From Octopus sinensis (lineage: Eukaryota): DNA of 64,000 nucleotides. This document shows, piece after piece, positions 26,731 to 38,280 of the stretch (position 1 is the first letter of the stretch; the number at the start of each line of letters is the position of its first letter). The DNA lies in contig NC_042999.1 of NCBI RefSeq assembly GCF_006345805.1, positions 156,178,001-156,242,000 of the forward strand, read 5' to 3'. The notes below the pieces were generated by a model. That model made no database searches, was not told the DNA's origin, and was given only the letters and a program-made list of their open reading frames with translations. The position numbers and the translations under genes were made by a program.

Positions 26731-27535
26731 TACAAATGCTTCTGCATGTTACCGAGAAATTTATAGAGAACAAAAAAGCTTCTTCTAAGCAAATAACTCT
26801 AGATTTGTTTTTTAAAAAGAAGTGTAAAAGTCTGTTTACGAGTGCTTGTGAATCAGCAATTGTGACTACAAGTGATTGTGTGCGTGAGTCTAGTGCTAGT
26901 GAAAGTGATTCAGAAAATGCTTATAATAATAATAATATATTTTATTATAAATGATTTTGACATTCCTTTTATTTTACATAGAATATTCTTTACATTATAC
27001 TGTTGTTTTATTGCCATTTATTTATGAGTATTAGCACCATCCGAGCAGGATCGTCGCCATAGCAGCAAACTGGCTTCTATGCTGGTGGCATGTAAAAAAA
27101 CATTCGAGCAAGGTTGTTGCCAGTGCTGCTGGACTGACTCCTGTGCAGGTGATACGTAAAAAATACCTTTGAGTGTGGCCATTACCAGTACTGCCTGACT
27201 GGCCCTTGTGCCGGTGGCACATAAAAGCACCCACTACACTCTCAGAGTGGTTGGCGTTAGGAAGAGCATCCAGCTGTAGAATCTCTGCCAGATCAAGATT
27301 GGAGCTTGGTGCAGCCATCTGGTTCACCAGTCCTCAGTCAAATCATCCAACCTATGCCAGCATGGAAAGCGGACGTTTAATGAATGACGACTGATATAAA
27401 TTTTATAGGTAAAATATTTTTCTGGGAATTAATTAAAATTTACTACGATGGGAAATTATTGCTCTGCTTTACAAGTTTTTGCTTTACAAGTGACCTCTGG
27501 GAACAAATTAATTTGTATATTGAGACAATATTGTA
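26730..27535 (+). mobile_element. Tigger/pogo 3' remnant interrupted by a SINE
   Basis: [14 protein letters not shown] / KQITLDLFFKK (one frameshift) resembles the Tigger transposase C-terminus. Degenerate end near 27460-27535. Confidence 0.55.
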
Positions 27536-27727
27536 ATAGATTTTATTCAAACACTGTGACTACATTAGCTAATGTAGTTACAGTGCCTGAATAAAATCAG
27601 GAATGGTCAAAGCTAGAATGTTTGAACAATCAAAGCTACTTTGCAGTTAAACATCAACTAAAACAAAAATATCACAGATGAAATTTTAAAAAATACACAT
27701 TAATGAGAAAATATAATTCATACTAAC

Positions 27728-28454
27728 ATTTCCTAAGGCAATACACATTTCATTAGTATTGTCATTTCTTTGGACAGATACTGTGACTTGATGATTCAGA
27801 TTCCTGCATTCAAATGTTTCTTTACACATATGATCACGGAACATATTATACACACCCTCAACAAAGGTCTTACGAAGTCCTTCTAAGGAGTTTATTCTTA
27901 TTACTTCCCTCCTAGTTTCATCTCCTATTCTATTCTTTAACAAGACTTTTTTAAGCCATTTAACATTTTTGAAAATTTGTTTGGGAAAGAACTGACATAA
28001 ATTGCTAGGCATTCTAAAAGGACCATTGTTTCTCTCATTGTAATCAATAGTGATATCAGTAACGCCAAATCCCAAAATTTTAGGCTCATCCTTTTCATGA
28101 AATGGGTAAATGCCACTTCTGAAATCATTCCGAAACTGTTTATGTAAATAATTTATTAAATCACTTTCTCGAAGAATTGATGATGAATAGTAACGTAGTC
28201 GGAAGATGTATTTGTTCGAATTCTTTACACCAGGCTCCAGAGTTTTTGCCATGTTCAGCCAAGTTTTGCCATCTGTTTTCACAAGACCAAACAAATAGAT
28301 ATTGTTGGAGACAATAGAAAGCTGTTTTGCACATTGTATGCAAATATTTTCAACAGTTAATGCAACATCTGTTTCAATACAAAACTTCTGCTTTTCATCA
28401 TAACCCAAAATGCAGATACAGTTCTCCTTATTACAGTCATGTATAGGCAGCTCT
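27728..28454 (-). CDS. JAK: JAK-like kinase, exon 2: FERM domain
   Basis: 727-nt open exon between tttcAG and |GTTAGT. Peptide TVENICIQCAKQL..LFGL..W..FRLRYY..YLHKQFRNDF matches the JAK FERM pattern. Confidence 0.93.
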
Positions 28455-30789
28455 CTGAAAAAAAAAAGAAAAACAGAGAACATAAAATAATAAATGATAA
28501 AATGCTTTAGCGATTATGATGAAATAAATTTACATACATATTTACATGTGTGTGTGTGTGTGTATGTGTGTAAAATCTATATAACATAAGTTTGGATTTT
28601 TGTATGTTTTATTAAATGTTGTAGATAGATAATCATGAATTATTTCCTTTCGCTTAACTTGCACATGTACAGCTAATTATGAGAATTTATTGTTTACGTT
28701 TAATAATTTGAAAGTGAATTTAACGATGTACATTGTAATATCCGGAGATAAATACTGTATATCTATTTATTACACATTTTAGTTACTAAGAAAATATACA
28801 TTAAAATATTACATAGTTTTTACAAAAAGTAGAATATAATATTATATAACTTTACGGTTTGTTATTACATAGGTTAGTACATACATGTATGTGGTTATTA
28901 CATAGGTTAATACATGCATGTATATATGTATATGAGTGTATATTTCCATAGGCTGAAACAGCTGTAAGTGATTTTAATGATTCTTACAATTTATATTAAT
29001 GTTTTTTAATAACTACTTGTATTCTTATCCTAAATGTATTGAATTTTATACTGTATATATGTATGTTATTATGGTTGTAGTTTTGATAATTAAATAAGTC
29101 AACATTCTAATATCCTAAAGCTGATAAACCAACTAATGTGTTTCTCCATTTTCTTATTTGTAATAATGGTAAAATATTGTAAAAAATTGTAATAATAGTA
29201 AAATATTTCTTTACCTTCACCCATTTAATACAATAAGTGAGTTTATTGCATTGCAATTAAAAACACTTGTGTATTAATAATTTGGGTAGTATACCAACAG
29301 TATACTGGATAAGTATTATCCCTTAGAGGGTTGGATCCACAACCCCTAACTTACTTGATGGTATACTCTTTTACTCTTTTACTTGCTTCAGTCATTTTGA
29401 CTGCGGCCATGCTGGAGCACCGCCTTTAGTCGAGCAAATCGACCCCGGGACTTATTCTTTGTAAGCCCAGTGCTTATTCTATCGGTCTCTTTTGCTGAAC
29501 CGCTAAGTGACGGGGACGTGAACACACCAGCATCGGTTGTCAAGCAATGCTAGGGGGACAAACACAGACACACAAACACACACATATATATACATATATA
29601 CGACAGGCTTCTTTCAGTTTCCGTCTACCAAATCCACTCACAAGGCATCGGTTGACCCAGGGCTATAGCAGAAGACACTTGCCCAAGATGCAACGCAGTG
29701 GGACTGAACCCGGAACCATGTGGTTGGTTAGCAAGCTACTTACCACACAGCCACTCCTGCGCCTATGTATATATATATATCAATAATAATAAAGGGTAAA
29801 ATTAATTTATCAATTAATAATTTTACCAAGTAGTTTGGTATGTTAAAAGAATCGTTATCAGTAACCTTATACAAAAATTCTATAATTATAACCATAATTA
29901 TAATTAGGGTTCAGCAAAATTTGCTTTACCACATAACGAAATTTAGAAATAGCAGTATGTGGTGAAGCAATTTTTGCTGAACCCTAATTATAATTATGCT
30001 TATAATTATAGAATTTATATATATATATATATATATATATTACTGCCGGTGGTACGTAAGAGAACCATACAAACGTGGCCGTTGCCAGCGCCACCCCGAC
30101 TGGCCTTGTGCCGGTGGCACGTAAAAAGCACCATCCGATCGTGGCTGTTTGCCAGCCTCGTCTGGCACCTGTGCTGGTGGCACATAAAAATCACCCTCTA
30201 CACTCACGGAGTGGTTGGTGTTAGGAAAGGCATCCAGCTGTAGAAACATTGCCAGATCAGAAAGGGCCTGGTGCAGCCTTCTGGCTTCCCAGACCCCAGT
30301 TGAACCGTCCAACCCATCCTAGCATGGAAAGCGGATGCTAAACAATGATGATGATGATGATGATGATGATATATATATATCAGTAGGTCATATAACTGAA
30401 AAAGAAGCATACTCTAAAACATTAGAGCAGTCATATATTTTTTTTAGGAAGTTAAATATTATGGCCATAGGGTGACCAATAGACACTCTATTACTGGCCA
30501 TAGAATTTAACTTCCTAATATATATTATATATATATAAAATACTGCAATACAAATGTATTACTTTCCAGTAAAATAAAGCACCGTAAAGGTAGAAGTATA
30601 AATATAGAATAGTGGTACAAGGCACCAATATTAACAGGAAACAGCATTTGATACATTTATAATGCTATAGTATACTAGCATTGATGTAGCAACATTTGAA
30701 ATATTGTCCAGGTGAATCCAGCTGATGAAGACAATCGATTTTACATTATTTACAATTGATGGATATTTGTCCTCATCTTGTTTGTTGTT

Positions 30790-30835
30790 AACACAATGTT
30801 TCGGCTGATATACCCTCCAGCCTTCATCAGGTGTC
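30790..30835 (-). ncRNA. Minimal hammerhead ribozyme motif, inverted copy
   Basis: Minus strand reads GACAC-CTGATGA-A-GGCTG..CAGCC-GAAACATT-GTGTT. Helix I is GACAC/GTGTT. Confidence 0.68.
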
Positions 30836-31039
30836 TTGGACAAATTTTGAACCTGGGTTCTCATTCCTATGGTATTTTTCGATGTTATTATTATTATTAT
30901 TATTCAGGTCACTGCCTGGAAATGAACTCAGAATCTTGGGGTTAGTAGACTGCGCCCTTAACCACTACGCCATATGCCCATGGAAGTTAGGAGCGCGGGC
31001 TACTAACCCCAAGATTCCGAGTTCGATTCCAGGCAGTGA

Positions 31040-31092
<53 letters not shown>

Positions 31093-31139
31093 TCGAAAAA
31101 TACCTTAGGAAGGAAAACCCAGGTTCAAAATTTCCCCAA

Positions 31140-31185
31140 GATTCCTGATGAAGGCTGGAGGGTATATCAGCCGAAACGTTGTGTT
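31140..31185 (+). ncRNA. Minimal hammerhead ribozyme motif (Penelope-like element type)
   Basis: CTGATGA-A-GGCTG..CAGCC-GAAACGTT-GTGTT. Confidence 0.7.
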
Positions 31186-31904
31186 AACAACAAACAAGAT
31201 GAGGACAAATATCTCTCAATTGTAAATAATGTACATAATTCCTCATCTCTTAAATATAGAACTGTAATCAATTTTATGTTGACAAATGTATTTGAAGAGT
31301 CCGAAACCTAGGTACTGGATTATCCAATTCTGGGTTGTTCATTTATCTAATGTTCTTCCTAGAGGTAACACAAAATTTTTCATGCTTGCTGCACTCACAC
31401 GTCTTTGCCAGTATATACACAGTGAAGCTTTACTATAGCATCGTAAATGTATCAACTGCTATTTCCAGTAAATATTGGTGTCTTGTTGTACCACTGCTCT
31501 ATATTTTTATATATATATAGGATACATCAACATCATAATTAAAATCAAATGGAAATTGCAGTTGTGATACCCGTACTAGTGGCATATAAAAAACACCATC
31601 CGAACATGACCGATGTCAGCGCCGCCTTGACTGGCTTCCATGCCGGTGACACATAAAAAGCAACAACTAATCATGGCTGTTACCAGCCTCCTCTGGCCCC
31701 TGTGCCGGTGGCACGTAAAAAGCACCCACTACACGCATGGAGTGATTGGCGATAGGAAGGGCATCCAGCTGTAGAAAAACTGCCAGATCAGACTGGAGCC
31801 TGGTGCAGCCTCTTGGCTTCCCAGACCACGGTCGAACCATCCAACCCATGCTAGCATAGAAAATGGATGTTAAACGATGATGATGATGATGATATATAGG
31901 ATAC

Positions 31905-33770
31905 AGGTATACATAGCCAAGAGAGTAGCAGAAAAGAAGTTTGCCAATGTTCAGCAACGTGAGGACCAAAGAACTGATGGTGTGTGAGAGAAAACCATGA
32001 TGTTATAGGAGAGAAATGTGTCCACATGGATGATGGTGCCCTTATGCTTAATGATTCTGCAAAGAAAGATGCCATTATGAATGACTGCTGAATGCGGAGA
32101 ATGAATAGAAAGAGAGTCTGCCAAAGGTTGACCCAATTGAGGGACCAGCTACCCGAATCAACAGTACTCTGGTAGATAAAGCAATTAAGGATATGAAGAC
32201 AAGGAAAGCACCTGGTCCATCAGGACTCACCGCTGAGATGTTTAAAATATCAGGCAGTGTGTGTTATGTCTAGTCACTCGCAACATAAATCAGGTAGTTC
32301 ATGAAGGAATCATACCCAATGACTGGTGTAGCAGCACCATAGTCAACTGCTACAAAGATAAAGGCGATGCTTTAGATAGAAATAACTACAAGAGTATCAA
32401 ATTATTGGATCAGGTGATAAAAGCTACAAAGAGGATCATAGTCCAACTAATTAGGGAGAGAGTTAAGCTAGATGAGATGTAGTTTGGTTTTGTGCCAGGC
32501 AGAAGCACCATTGATACTATATTTCTGGTAAGGCAACTGCAGGAGAAATACCTAGCCAAAGATAAACCTCTGTACTTGGCTTTTGTTGACTTGGAGAAAG
32601 CCTTTGACAGGGTCCCCCAATCCCTTATCTGGTGATCAATGCAGAAACTGGAGATAGATGAGTGGTTGTTAAGAGCTGTACAAGCCCTGTACAGAGATGC
32701 TGTCAGTAAGGCTGGCAATGAGTATAGTGAAGAATTTTGAGTAGAAGTAAGGGTTCACCGAGGATCAGTCTTCAGCCCCCTCTTATTCATTATAGTCCTC
32801 CAGGCAATAACAGAGTAATTCAAGATGGGCTAACCCTGGGAGCTCCCCTATGCTGACGACCTTACTCTAATAGCTGAGTCGCTGCCAGAACTAGAGATGA
32901 AATTTAGGGTGTGGAAGCAAGGTCTAGAATCAAAGGGCCTTAGGGTTAACCTAGCAAAATCCAAAATCTTAGTAAGTAGGAAGGCTGCCAAATCACAAAC
33001 CCCTTCAGATAGATGGCCCTGCTTGATCTGTAGAAAAGGTGTGGGTAGAAACTCCATAAGATGTACCCAGTGTAAGCTATGGACACATAAAAGGTACAGT
33101 AATATGAAAGGAAGGTTAACCGGGAAGATAGTTTTTGTGCGTGGCAGATGTACAGGGGCAATAAACACTGAAGATTTACAGAAAATAGATTCCATCAAAT
33201 GCTGGGAGGGAAAACTAGAAGTAGTTAATAGCTTCCGCTACCTAGGCGACCAATGCTCTGAGAATGTAGCAGCTAGAGTAAAAATAGCCTGGGAAAAGTT
33301 TAGGGAGCTCCTACCTCTGCTGGCACCTAAGGGCCTCTCGCTCAGGATGAAAGGTAGACTGTATGGTGCATATGTGTGAACTGCCATGCTACACAGCAGT
33401 GAAACATAGGTCATGACTGCTGAGGACATGGGTAGGCTTGAAAGAAATGAAGCTAGTATGATATGCTGGATGTGTAATGTCAGTGTGCATACACAACAGA
33501 GAGTAAGTGCCCTGAGAGGAAAGTTGGGCATAGGAGGCATCAAACGTGGTGTGCAAAAGACGACTGCACTGGTATGGTCATGTGTTATGTATGGAGGAAG
33601 ACAGCTGTGTGAGGAAGTTCCACGCCTTAACTGTGGAAGAGGTAGACTCAGGAAGACATGGGATGAGGTGGTGAAGCAAGACCTTTGAACATCGGGCCTC
33701 ACAGAGGCAATGACAGGAGACCAAGACCTTTGGGGATATGCTATGATTGAAAAGTTCCAGCAATTAAAGT
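31905..33770 (+). mobile_element. Decayed RTE-clade LINE (RT domain + PHD-like insert + C-terminus)
   Basis: KAPGPSG, FGFVPGRST, AFVDLEKAFD, GSVFSPLLF and YADDL motifs with many stop codons. Confidence 0.92.
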
Positions 33771-33873
33771 GAGATTGCATTGTATTAAAGTACAAGTGAA
33801 GATATATAAACCTCAGAGGGATAGAAATATCCAAGATTAGACTGGTTGAATACCTTATAATATAGGCATATAC

Positions 33874-34770
33874 ATCATCATCATCATCATTCATTTAGCG
33901 TCCGTTTTCCATGCTAGCATGGGTTGGACGGTTCAACTGGGGTCTGGGGAGCCTGAAGGCTGCACCAGGCCAGTCAGATCTGGCAGTGTTTCTACAGCTG
34001 GATGCCCTTCCTAACGCCAACCACTCCGAGAGTGTAGTGGGTGATTTTATGTGCCACCGACACAGGTGCCAGACGAGGCTGGCGAACGGCCACGCTCGGA
34101 TGGTGTTTTTTATGTGCCACCGACACAGGTGCCAGACGAGGCTGGCAGATGGCCACGCTCGGATGGTGTTTTTTATGTGCCACCGACACAGGTGCCAGAC
34201 GAGGCTGGCAGATGGCCACGCTCGGATGGTGTTTTTTATGTGCCACCGACACAGGTGCCAGATGAGGCTGGCGAACGGCCACGATCGGATGGTGTTTGTT
34301 ACGTGCCCGCAGCACGGAGGCCAGTCGATGCGGTACTGGCTACGGCCACGTTCGGATGGTTTTCTTGTGTGCCACAAAGATACAAATTCCATTGATGTTC
34401 ATCTATTTTGATTTGATTTGATTTGATTTTCACTTGCCTCAACAGGTCTTCACAAGTGTCACAAGAAGGAAGGTATGCACAGGTGGACTGACTACGTCCC
34501 AGGTAGGGGCCACGGGTTATGGCCTGACTAGTCTTGCCGGGTCTTCGGATGGTGTTTTTATGTGCCACCGACACAGGTGCCAGATGAGGCTGGCGAAACG
34601 GCCACGATCGGATGGTGTTTGTTACTTGCCCACAGCACGGAGGCCAGTCGATGCAGTACTGGCTACCGCCACGTTCGGATAGTTTTCTTGTGTGCCACCG
34701 GCACTGGTACCACAAAGATACAAATTCCATTGATGTTCATCTATTTTGATTTGTTTTGATTTGATTTGAT
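33874..34770 (-). mobile_element. Long family B copy with four tandem 63-bp units and a 5' duplication
   Basis: Units start at 34051, 34114, 34177 and 34240. Confidence 0.85.
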
Positions 34771-34812
34771 TAGATTATTATTATAAGAATCAAGAGAGAA
34801 GATGGAGATCAA

Positions 34813-35600
34813 CATCATCATCATTGTTCGAACATGGTCAAGACAATGGAATTTACCATGCTACACCAGCTTCACGGTCCATCATAGCATTACGGAGGTC
34901 GTGTTGCTGGATGCCTGTATCCCTGGAGATTACATCAGGGTAGGAGAGTGTGCGCCCTCTGGTAACACAAGTAGATGGCTTCCAGAGGAGAATAGCAGAA
35001 ATTTTCCTCGTTTTCAGCTCTACAACAATGTCCAGCAAACTGGACTCTTCTACCTTTCACAAGAGATGATACAGGTGGTAGTTTCCCATATATTTGTACT
35101 TTGGTTGGATGACGCTTCCACAAGAGATTTTGAGCTCTCATAAGGAGGTGAGTGTAAGTTCCATCCAACCGCCTCTCAAGCTTCTTCGATAACGTCCAGG
35201 TTTCTGAGCCATGTAGTAGAATTGGTTCGACTGTGGCTTTGAAGATTTTAAGTTTGAAATCTCTACTTAGATTTGATGACCAGATCTTATGCATATCATT
35301 ACAGGCTGACCAGGCCATACCCTTTCTAGTTAGAAAATCTTTTTCAGATGATGATATGTATGACCCAAGATATTTGTAATCAGAAACCATATTTAAGAGC
35401 GTATTGTCGAGAGTATGGATGATGAAATCACTGTTGGACAGACACTTGTTTATATATTTTGAGCTCTCATAAGGAGGTGAGTGTAAGTTCCATCCAACCG
35501 CCTCTCAGGCTTCTTCGATAATGTCCAGGTTTCTAAGCCATATAGTAGAATTGGTTCGACTGTGGCTTTGAAGATTTTAAGTTTGAAATCTCTACTTAGA
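34813..35600 (-). mobile_element. RTE-like LINE 3' fragment, near-identical to 19700-20338, with an internal duplication at 35458-35600
   Basis: Same peptide on the minus strand; 35458-35600 repeats about 35128-35270. Confidence 0.9.
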
Positions 35601-35831
35601 GATGGAGATATGATTAATAAAAATGTATTAATACACTGACAAGACCTACAATTGTTTCAACTGATTCAAAACATCAATATGAATTGACAATATGAAATAA
35701 CTCTTTTGGACTGATAAGGGACATTACAAGGTCTACCTAATGGTTAGTTTTTAAAAGTCTTAACCAAAACAAGCAACAGTGAAGAAGACAAAAAAGATGA
35801 AGGGGAAAGAGGATTTAATTACAATACTGAC

Positions 35832-35890
35832 CCATTTGGTTTATGCTTCTTGAAAATGCTATTAACACAATTTCTTATATGTTCAGCCAT
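35832..35890 (-). CDS. JAK: JAK-like kinase, coding exon 1 (MAEHIRNCVNSIFKKHKPN-G)
   Basis: Acceptor tttcAG 4 nt before ATG 35890, which implies an upstream non-coding exon. Donor GG|GTCAGT is phase 2 and matches the next exon. Confidence 0.75.
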
Positions 35891-36179
35891 ATTTCTGAAA
35901 TAGAATATTGATAATATAAAGATTGTGACTGAAACAAGTAAAAGATAAAATATAAAAAGATACATAAATACATACATATAGACCAGTGGTTGCCAAACTT
36001 TTTGGACCATCTACCCCCTTTAGCCACTTCTTCCGCATTGACCACCCTCCTCAGTTAAAATATCTTAACTCAAGTTATGTTGTACTGATTTTAAACCGAT
36101 GTTAAACGATGATGATATATATATATCATCATCATATATATACATATATATATACACACACACACACAACATAATATTT

Positions 36180-36219
<40 letters not shown>

Positions 36220-36593
36220 TGACAACAAAAGAGTGAATGAGACCTCAATATTATGTAAATAGAGGAATTTGTCTGTAATATAATATGTGACAATTATTCG
36301 GTTGCTATTGAATAATTGTCACATTATATATATATATATATTCATGTAACAGGTTATGTTGCACTTAAATTGTTCAAACTCTGAGACAGTATAATAATCA
36401 ATATGGAAAAGAAAATTATTGCTTACAGATTTTATTTGCACATAGGATCAATATACAGGGCTAGGGTAGTAGTCAGCTGTTTAGTGGTACAAGCAGAATG
36501 AGAGAAATGAAGCCCACAGTACCCTCAGATGTCTGTTAGGCAAAGCTGCTTGCTAGAAGGTGAAACACGTACAACATATGGAAACAAAAAAAA

Positions 36594-37015
36594 GATCTTT
36601 TCGGTTTGAACAACAGTTTTTTCTAGCTGTGTCATATGAAATTGTCACCCATAATTATGACCCTAGTATCGATCTATTGCATTTCAATCTGTTTTAGGGT
36701 TAGTTAGAGTTAGGGGTGGGGGAAGGGAATCTTTTTTTTCTTCACAAATGTAAATAAACCCAATCTGTTTCTTAAACGAGGGACATATTCATACGGCACA
36801 GAATGTTTTTTTTACCTCAATAGACGTCAGTGATTGGTTGAAATTGCAGAAATTGAAGAAAAACAACAACAAATATCTTACAAACTATAGAATTTTCTCA
36901 ATAAAGCCAAGAGAAAAAGATGTTTTATAAACACATTCTACCAGTATATGAAGTTTAAAATTTTTTAGTTACCTAGAAATTATGTTAAAAACTGCCGTTC
37001 AAACCGAAAAGATCC
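36594..37015. mobile_element. Second copy of the same Merlin-like MITE, opposite orientation
   Basis: Same TIRs; internal sequence is the reverse complement of 46411-46811. Confidence 0.8.
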
Positions 37016-37592
37016 CCAAAAAATACTGACTGTAGATATTCCCTGTGGGTTCTTATTTATACCTATGGCAAAAGCTGAATGCATGTTGGCCAATAAAAGA
37101 ATGTGATTTGTCTTATCTATGTTAGTCTCCAGTTGGCCCAAAAATGCTCAATTAACTAAGATAAGAGTGACAGGTGACCTCATAAATTTCCTAGTACTAA
37201 TGCCGAAAACAAAAGAAAGTATCTCTCATGAAAATCCAAGGCTAAGGTTTTGATTCTTGGCTAAAAATCCAAGAAATGTTTCTTATAAACACCTAAGTGC
37301 TTATGCATGTGTGGGTGTGTATGAGTATATATGTTTATGTGCACGAGTATGTATGTATATATACCCACTACACTCACGGAGTGGTTGGCGTTAGGAAGGG
37401 CATCCAGCCGTAGAAACACTGCCAGATCTGACTAGGCCTGATGAAGCCTTCCGGCTTCACAGACCCCAGTTGAACCGTCCAACCCATGCTAGCATGGAAA
37501 ACGGATGCTAAACGATGATGATGATGTTAGGATCTGCACTTATGGTGAGTACTTAGGTTAAAGCAACAAATACGTTTTACTTTTATCTTTTA

Positions 37593-37972
37593 CTAGCAGT
37601 ATTGCCTGGCGTTGCTCGGGTTTGTTTCGACCCTTTAGAATTGGAATTTTTGAAAAGTAAAAATTTTGCATTATGTAGCTTGTTATTCTCTTTCAGTGAA
37701 CATTTTTCTGAAAAATGGTGACACAGCAATCAAAAAATCATGAAAAATAGGGATTTTCATAGAAAAAAAGCACGTTTTTGATGTAAATAAATTTTGGTGT
37801 TAACTTGGTCTAATTTGAATTTTTTCTTCTATGGAAGGAAGAGCAAGTCTTCTTCTATCATACTCTCAATTTTGGTCCACTTGCGCCGCAGGGCCTCGGA
37901 GGAGATAGTGTTAGTTGAAGGCTACCAAACCTGTCATACACAGACAACTTCAGCTTTATATATATAGAGAGA
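37593..37972 (-). mobile_element. Non-autonomous Helitron-like element
   Basis: Same termini as 16531-16902 on the minus strand, with a different interior. Confidence 0.7.
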
Positions 37973-38280
37973 TTAGGTTGAGAAAAAAGTTTGTGCGCCA
38001 TGTTAAAATAATGCTTTTTTATATATTTTCGTGGTCTGTGTTCATTCAGTTCATGTCATGTTCAATGGTGATTCACTGCGTTTGTCAAAAATATGCTTTG
38101 TTTCAACAAGACAATGCAAAGCCACATACCGCCAGAAAGACCAGCAACAAGATTGAAGAATTGGATGGTGTGGAAGTTTTGCTGCATCCAGCCTATAGCC
38201 CAGACGTTGCTCCATCTGACTATGGTCTCTTCTGATCAATGTAGCACATTATGAAAGGTCACCGATTTGAGTCACTTGGT
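37973..38280 (+). mobile_element. Mariner transposase remnant
   Basis: QQDNAKPHTA...HPAYSPDVAPSDYGLF followed by stops; TIR-like TTAGGTTG start. Confidence 0.85.

Larger units (their letters stand above)
30743..31265. mobile_element. Head-to-head palindromic element (tRNA-like head + (AAT)n + hammerhead tail), probably Penelope-associated
   Basis: Arms at about 30743-30979 and 30986-31232 are reverse complements. Flanked by AATCGATTTT and AATCAATTTT (putative TSD). Confidence 0.7.
30715..31321 (+). ncRNA. Type I hammerhead ribozyme motif split by an insertion in loop II
   Basis: AATCCAG-CTGATGA-AGAC (30715-30732) ... GTCC-GAAAC-CTAG-GTA-CTGGATT (31299-31321). Helix I is a perfect 7 bp; helix III is the palindrome ACCTAGGT. 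Confidence 0.75.

Noticed and set aside
25208-26792. Multiple [12 protein letters not shown] ORFs (also near 8118, 10311 and 59805)
   Set aside because: Microsatellite translations.
34040-34300. CRISPR-like regularly spaced repeats
   Set aside because: The units are tandem with no unique spacers, lie inside a eukaryotic retroposon, and there are no cas genes.
36695-36722. TTAGGG motifs as a telomere or fusion site
   Set aside because: Only a few degenerate units, internal to a MITE.
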